Part shown: positions 30,715 to 41,676 of the stretch, piece after piece
Layout: the number at the start of each line of letters is the position of its first letter
Position numbering within the stretch: position 1 is the first letter of the stretch
Assembly (NCBI GenBank): GCA_046339595.1
Contig: JBKDUF010000034.1
Coordinates: 8,963-72,962 of the forward strand
DNA length: 64,000 bases
From: Betaproteobacteria bacterium
GTDB taxonomy: Bacteria > Pseudomonadota > Gammaproteobacteria > Burkholderiales > SG8-41
Direction: 5' to 3'
Program-made: the position numbers and the translations under genes
Notes under the pieces: model-generated
What the model saw: the letters and a program-made list of their open reading frames with translations, nothing else
Told to the model about the DNA's origin: nothing
The model's database searches: none

Positions 30715-31191
30715 TCAGGCTGCGCCCAGCTCGCGTGAATCCCAGCCGCTGACACTGCGGCCATGGCGGCCGTAGAGGCAGCGCCCGGGCGGCGAGATCG
30801 CAGCCAGAGCGTTCTGGTTGGCCAGAAGGCGTTCGGAGATCAGGGCGCCGTTGATGGCGTTCTGGCGCCAGGCTTCACGCGTGGCGCTGCGCAGTTCGCG
30901 CCACAGCACCAGTTCGCTTTCGTCGGCCCCGAGTTGCTGTTCCGCCGCCGTGGCGCCGATGCCCTGCGCCTGCAGCAGGGCCGAACGGCGTTCACCGAGG
31001 GCGGCCAGACGCGCCAGCAGCCCGGCCTTCGCCGGCAGCCCTGCTGCCACGCGGTCGGCATCGCCAGCGACCAGTGCATGCTGCTCCTCGCGCAGCAGCG
31101 CAAGCAGGTCGTTTGCCGCCTTGCGCTCGTGTTCGAGGGCGTCGATCAGGCTGTGTCGCGCGTTCCCGGCGGTCATGAGGCCGTTTTGCAC
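30715..31191 (-). CDS. flgN: flagellar export chaperone FlgN
   Basis: EQHALV, N..NG.LI..RL..NQ.AL...LYG; downstream of flgM. Confidence 0.88.
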   Translation of the reverse strand: MQNGLMTAGNARHSLIDALEHERKAANDLLALLREEQHALVAGDADRVAAGLPAKAGLLARLAALGERRSALLQAQGIGATAAEQQLGADESELVLWRELRSATREAWRQNAINGALISERLLANQNALAAISPPGRCLYGRHGRSVSGWDSRELGAA

Positions 31192-31214
31192 CAGGGTCGG
31201 TGATCGCCCTGCAC

Positions 31215-31520
31215 TCAGGCCTTGTGCGAGCCGATCAGCTCGCGCACGGTGTCAAGCAGGCGGTCGGCCACCACATCGGGGTTGACCTTGAAGCGGCCTT
31301 CAGCGATGGCCTGCTTGATTTCGGCGACCCGGGCAGCATCGACCACGCGGGATTCGCCCAGCCGGCTTTCGATCTCGCGCATCCGCGCCGACAACGTGCT
31401 CAGCTGTACGCTGGAACTGCCGCTGGCGCCGGCGCCGCTGTTGTTGCGGGGCTGTGTGCCCTTGTCGTCTCCGGCCAGACCGGAGAGCACCGGTCCCAAG
31501 CCATTAACCGTGATTTTCAT
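31215..31520 (-). CDS. flgM: anti-sigma-28 factor FlgM
   Basis: VQLS, DAARVAEIKQAIAEGRFKVN...VADRLL; start MKI at 31520. Confidence 0.95.
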   Translation of the reverse strand: MKITVNGLGPVLSGLAGDDKGTQPRNNSGAGASGSSSVQLSTLSARMREIESRLGESRVVDAARVAEIKQAIAEGRFKVNPDVVADRLLDTVRELIGSHKA

Positions 31521-31555
31521 GATCGGATTCCTGTCAGGGATGGACTGCGCTTCCA

Positions 31556-31640
31556 ATAACGGCTGCCGGCGGCGGGACTTGATGCCCCTCGCGTGCGACC
31601 GTCACGCCTTCAATAACGGCAGCTTTGGTGAAACACTTTA
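31556..31640 (-). promoter_or_regulatory. two tandem sigma-28 promoters of flgMN
   Basis: TAAAG-N15-GCCGTTAT (31640-31613) and TCAAG-N14-GCCGTTAT (31582-31556). Confidence 0.75.
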
Positions 31641-31666
31641 AGAAAAAATTAACCCATTGATTTAAT

Positions 31667-32377
31667 TCAATTATTTACCTCGACCACAGCATCGTGCCGG
31701 GCGATGCCATGCACCGTCTGGCCGGAGGGGCCGCGCACCTGCACCACCTGCCCGAGCTGGGCATGGGCCAGTGCCCGGCCCTCGGCACTGACCTCGAAAC
31801 CGCGGCCGCGTGCGACCAGGCGCACGCTCTGTCCCTGCTGGATCACCACGGGCGCACGCAACAGGTCGGCGCGCAAGGGCTGGCCCGCCGCCACCGGCGC
31901 GGCAGTGCTGCGCCCGATCACCTGCGAGAGGTCCTGGGCAACGCCCGCCGGCAGCATCGCGAGGTCACCGCTTGCCGTGGTGACATCCGCGGCGGTCAGG
32001 GGGTGGCCCGGCGGCAGCGGACGCGAGGCCATCAGGTAGCTGCCATGCACCTGCACCGAGACCGGCACGTAGATCGTCCAGTTTGATGGCGCGCTGCAGC
32101 GCACTCCGACATGGGCCTTGCCCCAGAGACGCGCGCCGGGCGGCAAAAACACTTCATGGGCGGCGCAGGCAGGCAGCGGCGAACGGGTATCGATAGCGCC
32201 GACGTTGTAGCTGACGGTTCCGGGAAGCCCCGCGGTCTGGGCACGCAGGAACTGGTCAATCGCGACGCCCATCGCCGAGCCGCCCTGCGCGGCTGCGACA
32301 GGCCTGCCGTGGCCAACACCGGCAGCCACCGCGAGAGTGGTGGCAAGCATCATCAACAGTTTCTGGCGGTTCATCAT
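31667..32377 (-). CDS. flgA: P-ring formation chaperone FlgA
   Basis: Signal peptide, GVRC....WTIYVPV, SAF region, GFEVSAEGRAL..AQLGQ.V.VR. Confidence 0.93.
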   Translation of the reverse strand: MMNRQKLLMMLATTLAVAAGVGHGRPVAAAQGGSAMGVAIDQFLRAQTAGLPGTVSYNVGAIDTRSPLPACAAHEVFLPPGARLWGKAHVGVRCSAPSNWTIYVPVSVQVHGSYLMASRPLPPGHPLTAADVTTASGDLAMLPAGVAQDLSQVIGRSTAAPVAAGQPLRADLLRAPVVIQQGQSVRLVARGRGFEVSAEGRALAHAQLGQVVQVRGPSGQTVHGIARHDAVVEVNN

Positions 32378-32609
32378 GGCTACGCTCCTGGGCGGCCGGG
32401 GTTTCCCGGCGATGGCAAATTCTGCCGCCGTGACCGTGATGCGCAGTGCCGGAATTGAAGTGCTTTTCACCGCTTTATCCGAACCTGTGCATCCCGTTCG
32501 GCTGCCTAAGATGCGATCACTCTCAAAGTCATGGCCACTGTCACGGAGGTCGTATGAGCAACAATCGCAAGGCCCGCCGCGCAAACGAAAACGCCAGGGA
32601 GCGTGCGCG

Positions 32610-33011
32610 ATGAATTCGCGGCTGGATGCAGCGCTGGCGTTTCACCAGCGTGCGCTGGACGTGCGCGCGCAACGGCAGCAGCTGATTGCCTCGAACATCG
32701 CCAACGCCGACACGCCGAATTACAAGGCGCGCGATATCGATTTCCAGGCCAGTCTCGACGCCGCGCTCAAATCCGGCACTCCCCCCGGTGCCCTGGCACG
32801 TACCGCACCCGGCCACCTGGGCGCAAGCAATGCCGCAGCGGGGCGCGCGCTGCTCTATCGCCAGACCGTGCAGGCCAGCGTTGACGGCAACAGCGTCGAC
32901 ATTGACGTCGAGCGCGCCCAGTTTGCCGACAACGCGCTGCGCTACGAGGCCAACCTGATGTTCATCAGTGGCCAGATCCGCGGCCTGCTGTCAGCCATCC
33001 AGGGTCAATAA
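32610..33011 (+). CDS. flgB: basal-body rod protein FlgB
   Basis: RQQLIASNIANADTPNYKARD, DGNSVD.D.E. Confidence 0.97.
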   Translation: MNSRLDAALAFHQRALDVRAQRQQLIASNIANADTPNYKARDIDFQASLDAALKSGTPPGALARTAPGHLGASNAAAGRALLYRQTVQASVDGNSVDIDVERAQFADNALRYEANLMFISGQIRGLLSAIQGQ

Positions 33012-33030
33012 GCAACAAGGAGCCCAAACC

Positions 33031-33435
33031 ATGTCACTGTTCCGCGTATTCGATGTCGCAGGCAGCGCACTTACCGCGCAGTCGCACCGCCTCAACACCA
33101 CCGCATCCAACCTTGCCAATGCCGACTCTGTTGCCGGTCCCGGCGGCGAGGCCTATCGCGCCAGGCATGTTCTGTTTACGACAGCCGCTGCCGGAACTGA
33201 AGGCGCCGTCGGCGTGCGTGTTGCCGGCGTGGTTGAAGACCAGTCGCCGCTGCGGCGCGTCTACGACCCGAAACATCCGGCCGCCGACGGCAGCGGCCAC
33301 GTGTCCCTGCCCAATGTCAACGTGGTCGAGGAGATGGTGAACATGATCTCCGCATCGCGTTCGTACCAGAGCAGCGCCGAGATGATGAACACGGCGAAGA
33401 CGCTTCTGACCAAAACCCTGAACATCGGCCAGTAA
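33031..33435 (+). CDS. flgC: basal-body rod protein FlgC
   Basis: ASNLANADS, YDPKHP.AD, PNVNVVEEMVNMISASRSYQ. Confidence 0.97.
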   Translation: MSLFRVFDVAGSALTAQSHRLNTTASNLANADSVAGPGGEAYRARHVLFTTAAAGTEGAVGVRVAGVVEDQSPLRRVYDPKHPAADGSGHVSLPNVNVVEEMVNMISASRSYQSSAEMMNTAKTLLTKTLNIGQ

Positions 33436-33461
33436 AACGGCCCGAGCCAAGGAGATCAGCG

Positions 33462-34199
33462 ATGGCATTACCCGTTATTCAAGCGATCAGCGCCGGCGTA
33501 GGTGCGGTCAACGCCGTCAACACCGTGTCGTCGTGGGTGCGCGGCAATGGCGCCGCGCAGGCCGCTGCGGCACCGGCCGCTGCGACCACCGGTCCCAGCC
33601 AGGCAAGTGCTGCCGACCAGGGTGACCGTTTCCTCAAACTGCTGGTGGCCCAGATGCGCAACCAGGACCCCCTTAACCCGCTAGATAATGCGCAGGTGAC
33701 CACACAGATGGCGCAGATCAGCACGGTCACCGGCATCGAGAAACTCGACGGCAGTATCGGTGGCCTGCGCCAGTCGCTGGTCGCCGCGCAGTCGCTGCAG
33801 TCTGCCGGCGTGATCGGGCGGCAGGTCCTGGCCACCGGTGCAACGCTGAGCCTGGGCGCGAACGGCGGCAGTGCCGCGCTGGAGCTTCCCGCCGCCGCGG
33901 GCCGCGTGCAGGTCAGCATTGCCACGCCGGCCGGTGCGGTGCTGCGGCGGCTGGAGCTGGGTGCACTGCCCGGCGGCATTTCGACCTTCCAGTGGGATGG
34001 CATGACTGATGCCGGAGGGCGTGCGGCCCCCGGCAGTTACGTGTTCAGGATCACCGCCAGCGACGGCAACCGGATGGTGGCCGCAACGCCGCTGTCCGCA
34101 GGACGCGTGGGCGGGGTTTCACTCAGCAACGGCACGGTGCAACTCAACCTCGAAAGCGGCGGTGACCTCAATGTCGCCGACGTACGGCGAATTCTCTGA
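33462..34199 (+). CDS. flgD: hook capping protein FlgD
   Basis: FLKLLVAQMRNQDPLNP.DN...T.QMAQ; WDG. Confidence 0.95.
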   Translation: MALPVIQAISAGVGAVNAVNTVSSWVRGNGAAQAAAAPAAATTGPSQASAADQGDRFLKLLVAQMRNQDPLNPLDNAQVTTQMAQISTVTGIEKLDGSIGGLRQSLVAAQSLQSAGVIGRQVLATGATLSLGANGGSAALELPAAAGRVQVSIATPAGAVLRRLELGALPGGISTFQWDGMTDAGGRAAPGSYVFRITASDGNRMVAATPLSAGRVGGVSLSNGTVQLNLESGGDLNVADVRRIL

Positions 34200-34227
34200 T
34201 TACAGCCAACAAGGCAAAGGAGCAAAC

Positions 34228-35463
34228 ATGGGCTTTCAATCCGGACTGAGCGGTCTCAACGTCGCCGCGAAGAATCTCGACATCATCGGCAACAACGTCG
34301 CCAATGCCGGTACCGTCGGCTACAAGGGTTCGCGGGCGATTTTCGCCGATGTCTTCGCAAATTCACTGACCGGCGGCGGCGCAGGGCAGATTGGCATTGG
34401 CGCAAAGGTTGCCAAGGTTCAGCAGCAGTTCAACCAGGGCAAAATCTCAGCAACAAATAATCCGCTCGATCTCGCAATCAGTGGAGGCGGTTTCTTCCGG
34501 CTAAGCAACAACGGCACCATCAGCTACAGTCGTAACGGGCAGTTCAACATCGACAACAGCGGCTACATCGTCAATAGCGATGGCCTGCAGGTTACCGGTT
34601 ATCCGGTGGATTCTGCTGGCAACGTGATTCCGTCCTCGCCGCAACCGATGCGGCTGTCCTCGGCTGACATCGCGCCCAATGCGACCACCGAGTTCGAGGC
34701 CACGATCAACCTCGATTCGCGTGCCTCGGGCATCGCGTTGCCTTTTTCGGCCAGCGATCCCTCCACCTACACCAGTTCGACCTCGGGCACCGTGTACGAC
34801 TCGCTGGGCAATCCGCACATGTTGACCATGTATTTCGTGAAAACCACGACCGCCGGACAATGGGCGCTGCACGGCACACTCGACGGAGGTCCGGTCGGCG
34901 ACGTCAATCTCGGTGCTGGTGCCGGCAACCCGGCGACACTTAGCTTCAACAGCTCCGGAACGCTGACTACGACGATGCCACTTAACTTAAGTCTTGCCCT
35001 CTCCAACGGCGCGGTGACACCGCTGGGCATAGAGCTTGATCTCTCCGAATCTACCCAATTCGGCGCTGATTTCGGGGTCAGCGCGCTGTCCCAGGACGGC
35101 TATGCCGCCGGCCGCATGACCGGTTTCAACGTTGGCGCAGACGGCATCATCGTCGGCCGCTACTCCAACGGCGAGGCGATGCAGCTGGGCCAGATTGTGC
35201 TGGCCAACTTCGCCAATCCCGGCGGCCTGCGCCCCCTCGGCGACAACCAGTGGGAGGAAACCTCAGATTCAGGCCTTGCTCTGGTTGGCCAGCCGCAGAC
35301 TGGCAGCCTGGGTTCACTGCAGTCGGCTGCGGTCGAGGATTCCAACGTGGATCTCACCCAGGAGCTGGTCAACATGATCACTGCGCAGCGCGCATACCAG
35401 GCAAACGCCCAGACAATCAAGACCATGGACCAAGTCTTGCAGACACTGGTCAACCTGCGCTAG
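34228..35463 (+). CDS. flgE: hook protein FlgE
   Basis: LSGLN...LDIIGNNVAN..T.GYK, YDSLG..H, SNVDLTQELVNMI.AQR.YQAN. Confidence 0.97.
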   Translation: MGFQSGLSGLNVAAKNLDIIGNNVANAGTVGYKGSRAIFADVFANSLTGGGAGQIGIGAKVAKVQQQFNQGKISATNNPLDLAISGGGFFRLSNNGTISYSRNGQFNIDNSGYIVNSDGLQVTGYPVDSAGNVIPSSPQPMRLSSADIAPNATTEFEATINLDSRASGIALPFSASDPSTYTSSTSGTVYDSLGNPHMLTMYFVKTTTAGQWALHGTLDGGPVGDVNLGAGAGNPATLSFNSSGTLTTTMPLNLSLALSNGAVTPLGIELDLSESTQFGADFGVSALSQDGYAAGRMTGFNVGADGIIVGRYSNGEAMQLGQIVLANFANPGGLRPLGDNQWEETSDSGLALVGQPQTGSLGSLQSAAVEDSNVDLTQELVNMITAQRAYQANAQTIKTMDQVLQTLVNLR

Positions 35464-35479
35464 AAACAGGAGCTAGAGA

Positions 35480-36220
35480 TTGGACCGCCTGATCTATGTG
35501 GCAATGAGCGGCGCGAAGCAGACCATGCTTCAGCAGTCCACTGTCGCCAACAATCTTGCCAACCTGACCACCACGGGTTTTCGCGCGCAGCAGGCTGCGA
35601 TGCGAGCGGCGCCTGTGGTCGGCGAAGGCCTGCCCACGCGCGCCTTTGCCGTCGATTCCACGCCGGGTGCGGATTTCCGCCAGGGTGTGATCCAGCATAC
35701 CGGCCGCGACCTTGATGTCGCGATTGAAGGCCGTGGCTGGATTGCGGTTCAGGCCGCCGACGGCAGCGAGGCCTACACCCGTGCCGGCAGCCTCGAGGTG
35801 AACGGTAATGGCGTGCTGCAGACCCGTGGCGGGCTCAATGTCACCGGTGAGGCGGGGCCGATCGCGGTGCCACCGGATGTGCGTGTCACCGTCGGCCGCG
35901 ACGGCACGGTGTCCACGGTGCCGGAAGGCAACCGTCCGAACCAGGTTGCCGCCCTGGGCCGCATCAAGCTGGCCAACCCGGACGAATCTCAGTTGGTACG
36001 CGGTGCCGACGGGCTGTTCCGGCTGCGCGACGGCGGTGTGGCGCCAGCTGATCCGCAGGTACGCATGGTTGGCGCCGCGCTCGAAGGCAGCAATGTAAAT
36101 GCAGTGGATGCCATGGTCAGCATGATCGCGCTTGCCCGGCAGTTCGACCTTCAGATCAAGATGCTGCAGAACGCTGAAAACAACGACCGACAGGCCAGCC
36201 AGTTGCTGGCCTCCCGCTGA
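35480..36220 (+). CDS. flgF: basal-body rod protein FlgF
   Basis: DRLIYVAMSGA, NNLAN..T.GF, YTRAG, LEGSNVN; TTG start. Confidence 0.96.
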   Translation: MDRLIYVAMSGAKQTMLQQSTVANNLANLTTTGFRAQQAAMRAAPVVGEGLPTRAFAVDSTPGADFRQGVIQHTGRDLDVAIEGRGWIAVQAADGSEAYTRAGSLEVNGNGVLQTRGGLNVTGEAGPIAVPPDVRVTVGRDGTVSTVPEGNRPNQVAALGRIKLANPDESQLVRGADGLFRLRDGGVAPADPQVRMVGAALEGSNVNAVDAMVSMIALARQFDLQIKMLQNAENNDRQASQLLASR

Positions 36221-36246
36221 AACCCGATTAACCGAGGAGCTTCCCC

Positions 36247-37029
36247 ATGATCCGCTCGCTCTGGATTTCCAAGACCGGACTCGACGCCCAGCAGACACAG
36301 ATGGACGTCATTTCCAACAACCTGGCCAACGTCTCGACCAACGGCTTCAAGCGTGCCCGCGCGGTATTCGAAGACCTGCTCTACCAGACCATCCGTCAGC
36401 CCGGCGCTCAGTCCTCGCAGCAGACGCAGCTGCCGACCGGACTGCAGATCGGTACCGGCGTGAAGCCGGTGGCCACCGCGCGCATCTTCACCCAGGGGAA
36501 CCTTCAGCAGACCGGCAACCCGCTGGACGTGGCGATCCAGGGCAACGGCTTTTTCCAGGTGCTGATGCCCGACGGCACCACCGCCTACACCCGCGACGGC
36601 TCGTTCCAGGTCGACAGCCAGGGCCAGCTGGTCACGGCCAGCGGTTTCGCCGTGCAGCCCGCGATCACCATTCCCGCCAACGCGCAGTCGGTGACCATCG
36701 GCCGCGACGGCGTGGTCTCGGTGCTGCGCCAGGGCAGCGCCACACCGAGCCAGGTTGGCGCGCTGCAGCTGGTCGGCTTCACCAATCCGGCAGGCCTGCA
36801 GAGTTTCGGCGAGAACCTGTATCTGGAGACCGCGGCCTCGGGTACGCCCAGCGCGAACACCCCCGGCACCAATGGCCTCGGCCTGCTCAACCAGGGTTAC
36901 GCGGAGACCTCGAATGTGAATGTCGTCGAGGAACTGGTGTCGATGATCCAGACCCAGCGCGCATACGAAATCAATTCGAAATCCATCCAGACCTCGGATC
37001 AGATGCTGCAGCGTCTGGCCCAGCTCTGA
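36247..37029 (+). CDS. flgG: distal rod protein FlgG
   Basis: [43 protein letters not shown]. Confidence 0.98.
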   Translation: MIRSLWISKTGLDAQQTQMDVISNNLANVSTNGFKRARAVFEDLLYQTIRQPGAQSSQQTQLPTGLQIGTGVKPVATARIFTQGNLQQTGNPLDVAIQGNGFFQVLMPDGTTAYTRDGSFQVDSQGQLVTASGFAVQPAITIPANAQSVTIGRDGVVSVLRQGSATPSQVGALQLVGFTNPAGLQSFGENLYLETAASGTPSANTPGTNGLGLLNQGYAETSNVNVVEELVSMIQTQRAYEINSKSIQTSDQMLQRLAQL

Positions 37030-37043
37030 TCGCGGAGCTTGAA

Positions 37044-37712
37044 ATGAAAAAGATACTGCTTGCCGCCGTGCTGCTGCCGCTGAGCGCGGCCTGCGTGCAT
37101 ACCGTGCCGCCCACCGCCGTGCAGCAGCCTTTGAGTGCCCGGCCAGCGCAACCCGCAGTCGCTGCGGCCGCCAACGGCGCGATCTTCCAGGTCGGCGCCA
37201 ATGATCGCGCGCTGTTCGAGGACCGCCGCGCGCGCCGTGTCGGCGATACCCTCACCATCTCGATCAGCGACCGCACAGCCGCCAGCCGCAAATCCAATAC
37301 CAACTCGGCCCGCGCCAGCAACAACCAGTTCGGCGTGAATTCCCTCGCGGGGCTGCCCGGCAAGAGTTTCCTCAATTCCAATCTCAACGCGACCTCGGAT
37401 TTTTCCTTCGACGGCAGCGGCGAGAGCGCCAGCAACAACGATTTCAACGGCGTCATCACGGTCACCGTGATCGAGGTTCTTGCCAACGGCAACCTCCAGG
37501 TCAGCGGCGAGAAGCAGCTCGGAATCAACCAGGGTTCCGAGTTCATCCGCTTCTCGGGGATCGTCAACCCGCTGCACCTGACCAGCAGCAACACGGTGAG
37601 CTCGACCCAGGTAGCCGACGCCCGAATCGAATACCGCGCCAATGGCGCGCTCGACAGCGCCCAGGTGATGGGCTGGCTGTCGCGCTTTTTCCTCAATTTC
37701 CTGCCGTTCTGA
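37044..37712 (+). CDS. flgH: L-ring lipoprotein FlgH
   Basis: Lipobox [43 protein letters not shown]. Confidence 0.96.
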   Translation: MKKILLAAVLLPLSAACVHTVPPTAVQQPLSARPAQPAVAAAANGAIFQVGANDRALFEDRRARRVGDTLTISISDRTAASRKSNTNSARASNNQFGVNSLAGLPGKSFLNSNLNATSDFSFDGSGESASNNDFNGVITVTVIEVLANGNLQVSGEKQLGINQGSEFIRFSGIVNPLHLTSSNTVSSTQVADARIEYRANGALDSAQVMGWLSRFFLNFLPF

Positions 37713-37714
37713 CA

Positions 37715-38848
37715 ATGAGCGGGCTCATCACCATGACAGCCATGTTCCGCCGCTGTGCCGCGCCGCTGGCGCTTCTCGTGCTGCTGCTCGCCGCCGTGGC
37801 GCCGGTACAGGCCCAGCGCATCAAGGATCTTGCCACGGTGCAGGGCGTGCGCAGCAACCAGCTCATCGGCTACGGACTGGTGGTCGGTCTCGACGGAACC
37901 GGCGACCAGACCACCCAGACCCCGTTCACGGTGCAGAGCCTGACCACGATGCTGTCCCAGCTCGGCGTCACGCTGCCGCCGGGCGCCAGCCTGCAGCTGA
38001 AGAACGTGGCCGCGGTCATGATCACCTCAATGCTGCCCCCGTTTGCAGCGCCGGGACAGGCCATCGACGTCACGGTGTCCTCCATCGGCAATGCCAAATC
38101 ACTGCGCGGCGGTACGCTGCTGCTGACGCCGCTGCGAGGCGCAGACGGACAGGTGTACGCCATGGCACAGGGCAATATCCTGGTCGGCGGCGTCGGTGCC
38201 TCGTCTGGCGGCACCAGCGTGCAGGTCAACCACCTGAGCGTCGGCCGCATTTCCGGCGGCGCGACCGTGGAGCGGGCGGTGACAATGCCGCTGGGCGGAG
38301 AGGCGGACATCCTGCTTGGCGTGCATGGCAGTGATTTCACCACCACGAACCGTATCGTTGATGCCATCAACGGCCATGTCGGCGCGGGCACTGCCACCGC
38401 CGTGGACGGCCGCACCATCCGCGTCGCCGCTCCGGCCGGCGCCGGGGAGCGGGTGGCCTTTCTCGCCCGCATCGAGGGGCTCGAGGTGCAGGCCGCCTCG
38501 GCCCGGGCGCGGGTCATCGTCAATGCACGCACCGGCTCGGTGGTGATGAACCAGGCAGTGAGCGTGGATGTGTGCGCGGTGGCGCACGGCAACCTCTCGG
38601 TGGTGATCACCACCGAACCGGTGATCAGCCAGCCGGGGCCGTTCTCCGGCGGCCAGACGGTTCAGGCGGAGCGTGCGCAGGTCGAGATCCGCCAGGACAA
38701 GGGCCTGCTCACCATGGTGCGCGGCGCCAATCTCAGCGACGTGGTGAAGGCGCTCAATGCCATCGGCGCCACGCCACAGGACCTGCTGGCGATCCTGCAG
38801 GCGATGAAGGCCTCGGGCGCACTGCGCGCCGAACTGGAGATCATCTGA
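37715..38848 (+). CDS. flgI: P-ring protein FlgI
   Basis: RIKDL...[41 protein letters not shown]; start may be 37733 or 37742. Confidence 0.97.
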   Translation: MSGLITMTAMFRRCAAPLALLVLLLAAVAPVQAQRIKDLATVQGVRSNQLIGYGLVVGLDGTGDQTTQTPFTVQSLTTMLSQLGVTLPPGASLQLKNVAAVMITSMLPPFAAPGQAIDVTVSSIGNAKSLRGGTLLLTPLRGADGQVYAMAQGNILVGGVGASSGGTSVQVNHLSVGRISGGATVERAVTMPLGGEADILLGVHGSDFTTTNRIVDAINGHVGAGTATAVDGRTIRVAAPAGAGERVAFLARIEGLEVQAASARARVIVNARTGSVVMNQAVSVDVCAVAHGNLSVVITTEPVISQPGPFSGGQTVQAERAQVEIRQDKGLLTMVRGANLSDVVKALNAIGATPQDLLAILQAMKASGALRAELEII

Positions 38849-38870
38849 TGGCTGAGTGGAGCGCATCGCG

Positions 38871-39752
38871 ATGAGCCTGCCTGCCCTGCCGCAATCCCTT
38901 GCGGTCGACACCCGCGCCCTTGACGACCTGAAGGTGCGTGCACGCAACAACCCTGAAACCGCACTGAAGGACGCCGCGAAGCAGTTCGAGGTCCTGTTCA
39001 TGAACATGCTGCTCAAGAGCATGCGGGACACGGTGCCGCAGGAGGGTTTGTTCGACAGCGAACAGACGCGCTTCTACACATCGATGCTCGACCAGCAGCT
39101 CTCCGAGAAAATGTCCACCCGCGGCATCGGCCTGGCCGAGATCATGGTCCGACAGCTGCAGCGCCAGAGCCATGCGGTTCCGGCCACAGACGCTGCCGGT
39201 GTCAATGGCATCAACGGTATCGGGTCCGTTCCGGGCGCGGCCGCGCCCGCCGGGCCTTCGCGTTCCGCCGCGCCGGTCGGCGACGCGCGGGCCTTTGTCA
39301 ACCGCATGTGGCCGGAGGCTGCCGAGGCGAGCCGCACCACCGGCATACCCGCGCATTTCATCCTTGGCCAGGCCGCCCTCGAATCGGGCTGGGGCGCGCG
39401 CGAAATCCGCGGCGCCGACGGCAGTGCGAGCCACAACCTGTTCGGCATCAAGGCCGGCCGCGGCTGGCAGGGCGGCAGTGTGGAGGTGACCACCACCGAA
39501 TACACCGACGGCGTGCCGCGCAAGACCGTGGAGCGCTTCCGCGCCTACGACTCCTATGCCTCGGCGTTCGAGGATTACGCCCGGCTGCTGAAGAACAACC
39601 CGCGCTATGCCGGTGTCATTGAGGGGTCCCGCGATGCCGCATCCTTCGCGCGTGCGTTGCAGCAGGCCGGATATGCCACCGATCCCCAATATGCAGACAA
39701 GCTCACCCGCGTGATCAACGGCAATGTGCTTCGACAGAGCCTGCTCGGCTGA
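38871..39752 (+). CDS. flgJ: rod cap/peptidoglycan hydrolase FlgJ
   Basis: AAKQFE..F..M.LKSMR; muramidase QAALESGWG, NLFGIKA, GYATDP.YA. Confidence 0.96.
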   Translation: MSLPALPQSLAVDTRALDDLKVRARNNPETALKDAAKQFEVLFMNMLLKSMRDTVPQEGLFDSEQTRFYTSMLDQQLSEKMSTRGIGLAEIMVRQLQRQSHAVPATDAAGVNGINGIGSVPGAAAPAGPSRSAAPVGDARAFVNRMWPEAAEASRTTGIPAHFILGQAALESGWGAREIRGADGSASHNLFGIKAGRGWQGGSVEVTTTEYTDGVPRKTVERFRAYDSYASAFEDYARLLKNNPRYAGVIEGSRDAASFARALQQAGYATDPQYADKLTRVINGNVLRQSLLG

Positions 39753-39771
39753 GGTTTGAGGAGAAACGACT

Positions 39772-41676
39772 ATGACAAGCGGCATTTTTGGGGTGGCTGT
39801 CAGCGGCCTCAACGCTGCCCAGGCCGGACTGGTGACGACCGGCCACAACATCGCCAACGCCAACACCGCGGGTTACCATCGGCAGTCGGTGATCCAGTCG
39901 GCGGCGCCTCCCCAGCTTACCGGTTCCGGCTTTTTTGGTCAGGGTGTCAATGTCGAATCGGTGGTGCGCAACTACAGTGCTTTTCTCGACAGCCAGGTTG
40001 TACGTGCCGAGGCGAGAGCTTCCTTTTTCACCACCCAGTCTGCCCAGCTGGCACAGCTTGACGGCCTGCTCGCCGATCCTGCTGCAGGGCTTTCACCTGC
40101 ACTGCAGTCTTTTTTTGCTGCAGTCAACGAGGTAGCGGCCAACCCCGCATCGTTGCCTTCGCGCCAGTCACTGCTGTCTTCGGCACAGACCCTAGCGGCA
40201 AGGTTCGGAGAAATCGATGGTCGTCTGGCCGAAATCGCCCGGGGAGTCAACTCGCAGCTGTCGGGAAGTGTCTCAAGCATCAACAGTTATGCCACTGAAA
40301 TCGCGCTGCTTAACGAGCGCATTCACGTCGCGCAGAGCGCCGCGGGTCAACCACCCAACGACCTGCTTGACCAGCGCGACCGGCTGATCGGCGAACTGAA
40401 TCGAATCGTCGGCGTGTCCACCGTGACCCAAAGTGACGGCGCCCTGAATGTTTTCATCGGCACCGGTCAAAGCCTGGTGGTAGGCAACCAGGCGACACAG
40501 CTTTCTCTGCAGGCATCGGCCGAAGATCCCACATTCTTCAATTTGGTACACCGGCAGGGTACGGGCGCTGCGCCGATCGCCTCGCGCAGTCTGCAGTCGG
40601 GCAGCCTTGGTGGACTGCTGGCGTTCCGCGAAGGCGCCCTGGTTGAGTCGCGCGACGGGCTGGGCCGGATAGCGACGGTGCTCGCTTCGACTTTTAACGA
40701 ACAGCATAGCCTGGGCCAGGACTACGACGGAGCCGCGGGCGGACTGTTTTTCGCGGCTCCCCAGGTAGCGGTGGCTGCGCGTGCCTCGAACACCGGCAAT
40801 GCGGTGCTGGCTGCTTCCCATGCCGATGTGTCAGCCCTCGAAGTTTCGTCGTACCGTGTTACTTACAGCGCCGGCAGTTTTCTGGTGACACGGCTTTCCG
40901 ACAACAGCACCACGACCTGGGCTTCATTGCCGCAGACGGTTGACGGATTCATGCTCAATCTCGCATCCGGTACGCCCGCCGAGGGTGACAGCTTTGTCGT
41001 CGAGCCGGTGCGATATGGCGCCCGTAATTTCAGCGTTGCCGTCGACAGCGTGGCCCGCATCGCGGCAGCAGCACCGATCCGCAGCGCTGCAGTCGCAGGC
41101 AATACCGGCAGCGCCACGATCAGCGCCGGCAGCGTCAACCCGCCCGCGCCGCTGAATGCAAACCTGCAGCAACCCGTCACCATCAACTTCACCAGCCCCG
41201 GCACTTTCAATGTCAGCGGCACCGGCACCGGCAATCCGGTTGGCCTGTCTTACACGCCGGGCGCCGACATCAGCTACAACGGCTGGACCATCCGCATCAG
41301 CGGCACGCCGGCAGCCGGTGACAGCTTCATCATCGAGGCCAACAGCGGCGGGCGCGGTGATAACCGCAACGCGCTGCAGCTGGCCGCGTTGCAGGGCGCG
41401 CAGAATCTCGTCGGCGGCCGCGCCGGCTACCAGAGCGCTTACAGCCAGATCGCCGGCAGCGTCGGTGCTCGCACCCGGGAAGCGCAGATTTCAGCCGAAG
41501 CCCAAGACAATGTCACCGCGCAGGCGCGCCAGGCCCAGCAGTCGCTGTCCGGGGTCAATCTCGATGAAGAAGCGGCAAACCTGATCCGTTACCAGCAGGC
41601 CTACCAGGCCTCGAGCAAGGTGGTTGAGGTGGCCTCGCGGCTGTTCGAGACATTGCTCGGCATTTCAGGGAGATGA
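39772..41676 (+). CDS. flgK: hook-associated protein FlgK
   Basis: GHNIANANT.GY.RQ, NDLLDQRD, SGVNLDEEAANL. Confidence 0.97.
   Translation: MTSGIFGVAVSGLNAAQAGLVTTGHNIANANTAGYHRQSVIQSAAPPQLTGSGFFGQGVNVESVVRNYSAFLDSQVVRAEARASFFTTQSAQLAQLDGLLADPAAGLSPALQSFFAAVNEVAANPASLPSRQSLLSSAQTLAARFGEIDGRLAEIARGVNSQLSGSVSSINSYATEIALLNERIHVAQSAAGQPPNDLLDQRDRLIGELNRIVGVSTVTQSDGALNVFIGTGQSLVVGNQATQLSLQASAEDPTFFNLVHRQGTGAAPIASRSLQSGSLGGLLAFREGALVESRDGLGRIATVLASTFNEQHSLGQDYDGAAGGLFFAAPQVAVAARASNTGNAVLAASHADVSALEVSSYRVTYSAGSFLVTRLSDNSTTTWASLPQTVDGFMLNLASGTPAEGDSFVVEPVRYGARNFSVAVDSVARIAAAAPIRSAAVAGNTGSATISAGSVNPPAPLNANLQQPVTINFTSPGTFNVSGTGTGNPVGLSYTPGADISYNGWTIRISGTPAAGDSFIIEANSGGRGDNRNALQLAALQGAQNLVGGRAGYQSAYSQIAGSVGARTREAQISAEAQDNVTAQARQAQQSLSGVNLDEEAANLIRYQQAYQASSKVVEVASRLFETLLGISGR

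Noticed and set aside
36132-37043. 526-aa extended FlgH, and similar N-terminal extensions of FliI, FlgA, FlgB and the Mo large subunit in the ORF track
   Set aside because: Extensions overlap neighbouring genes; downstream starts with RBS, signal peptide or family-typical N-termini fit better
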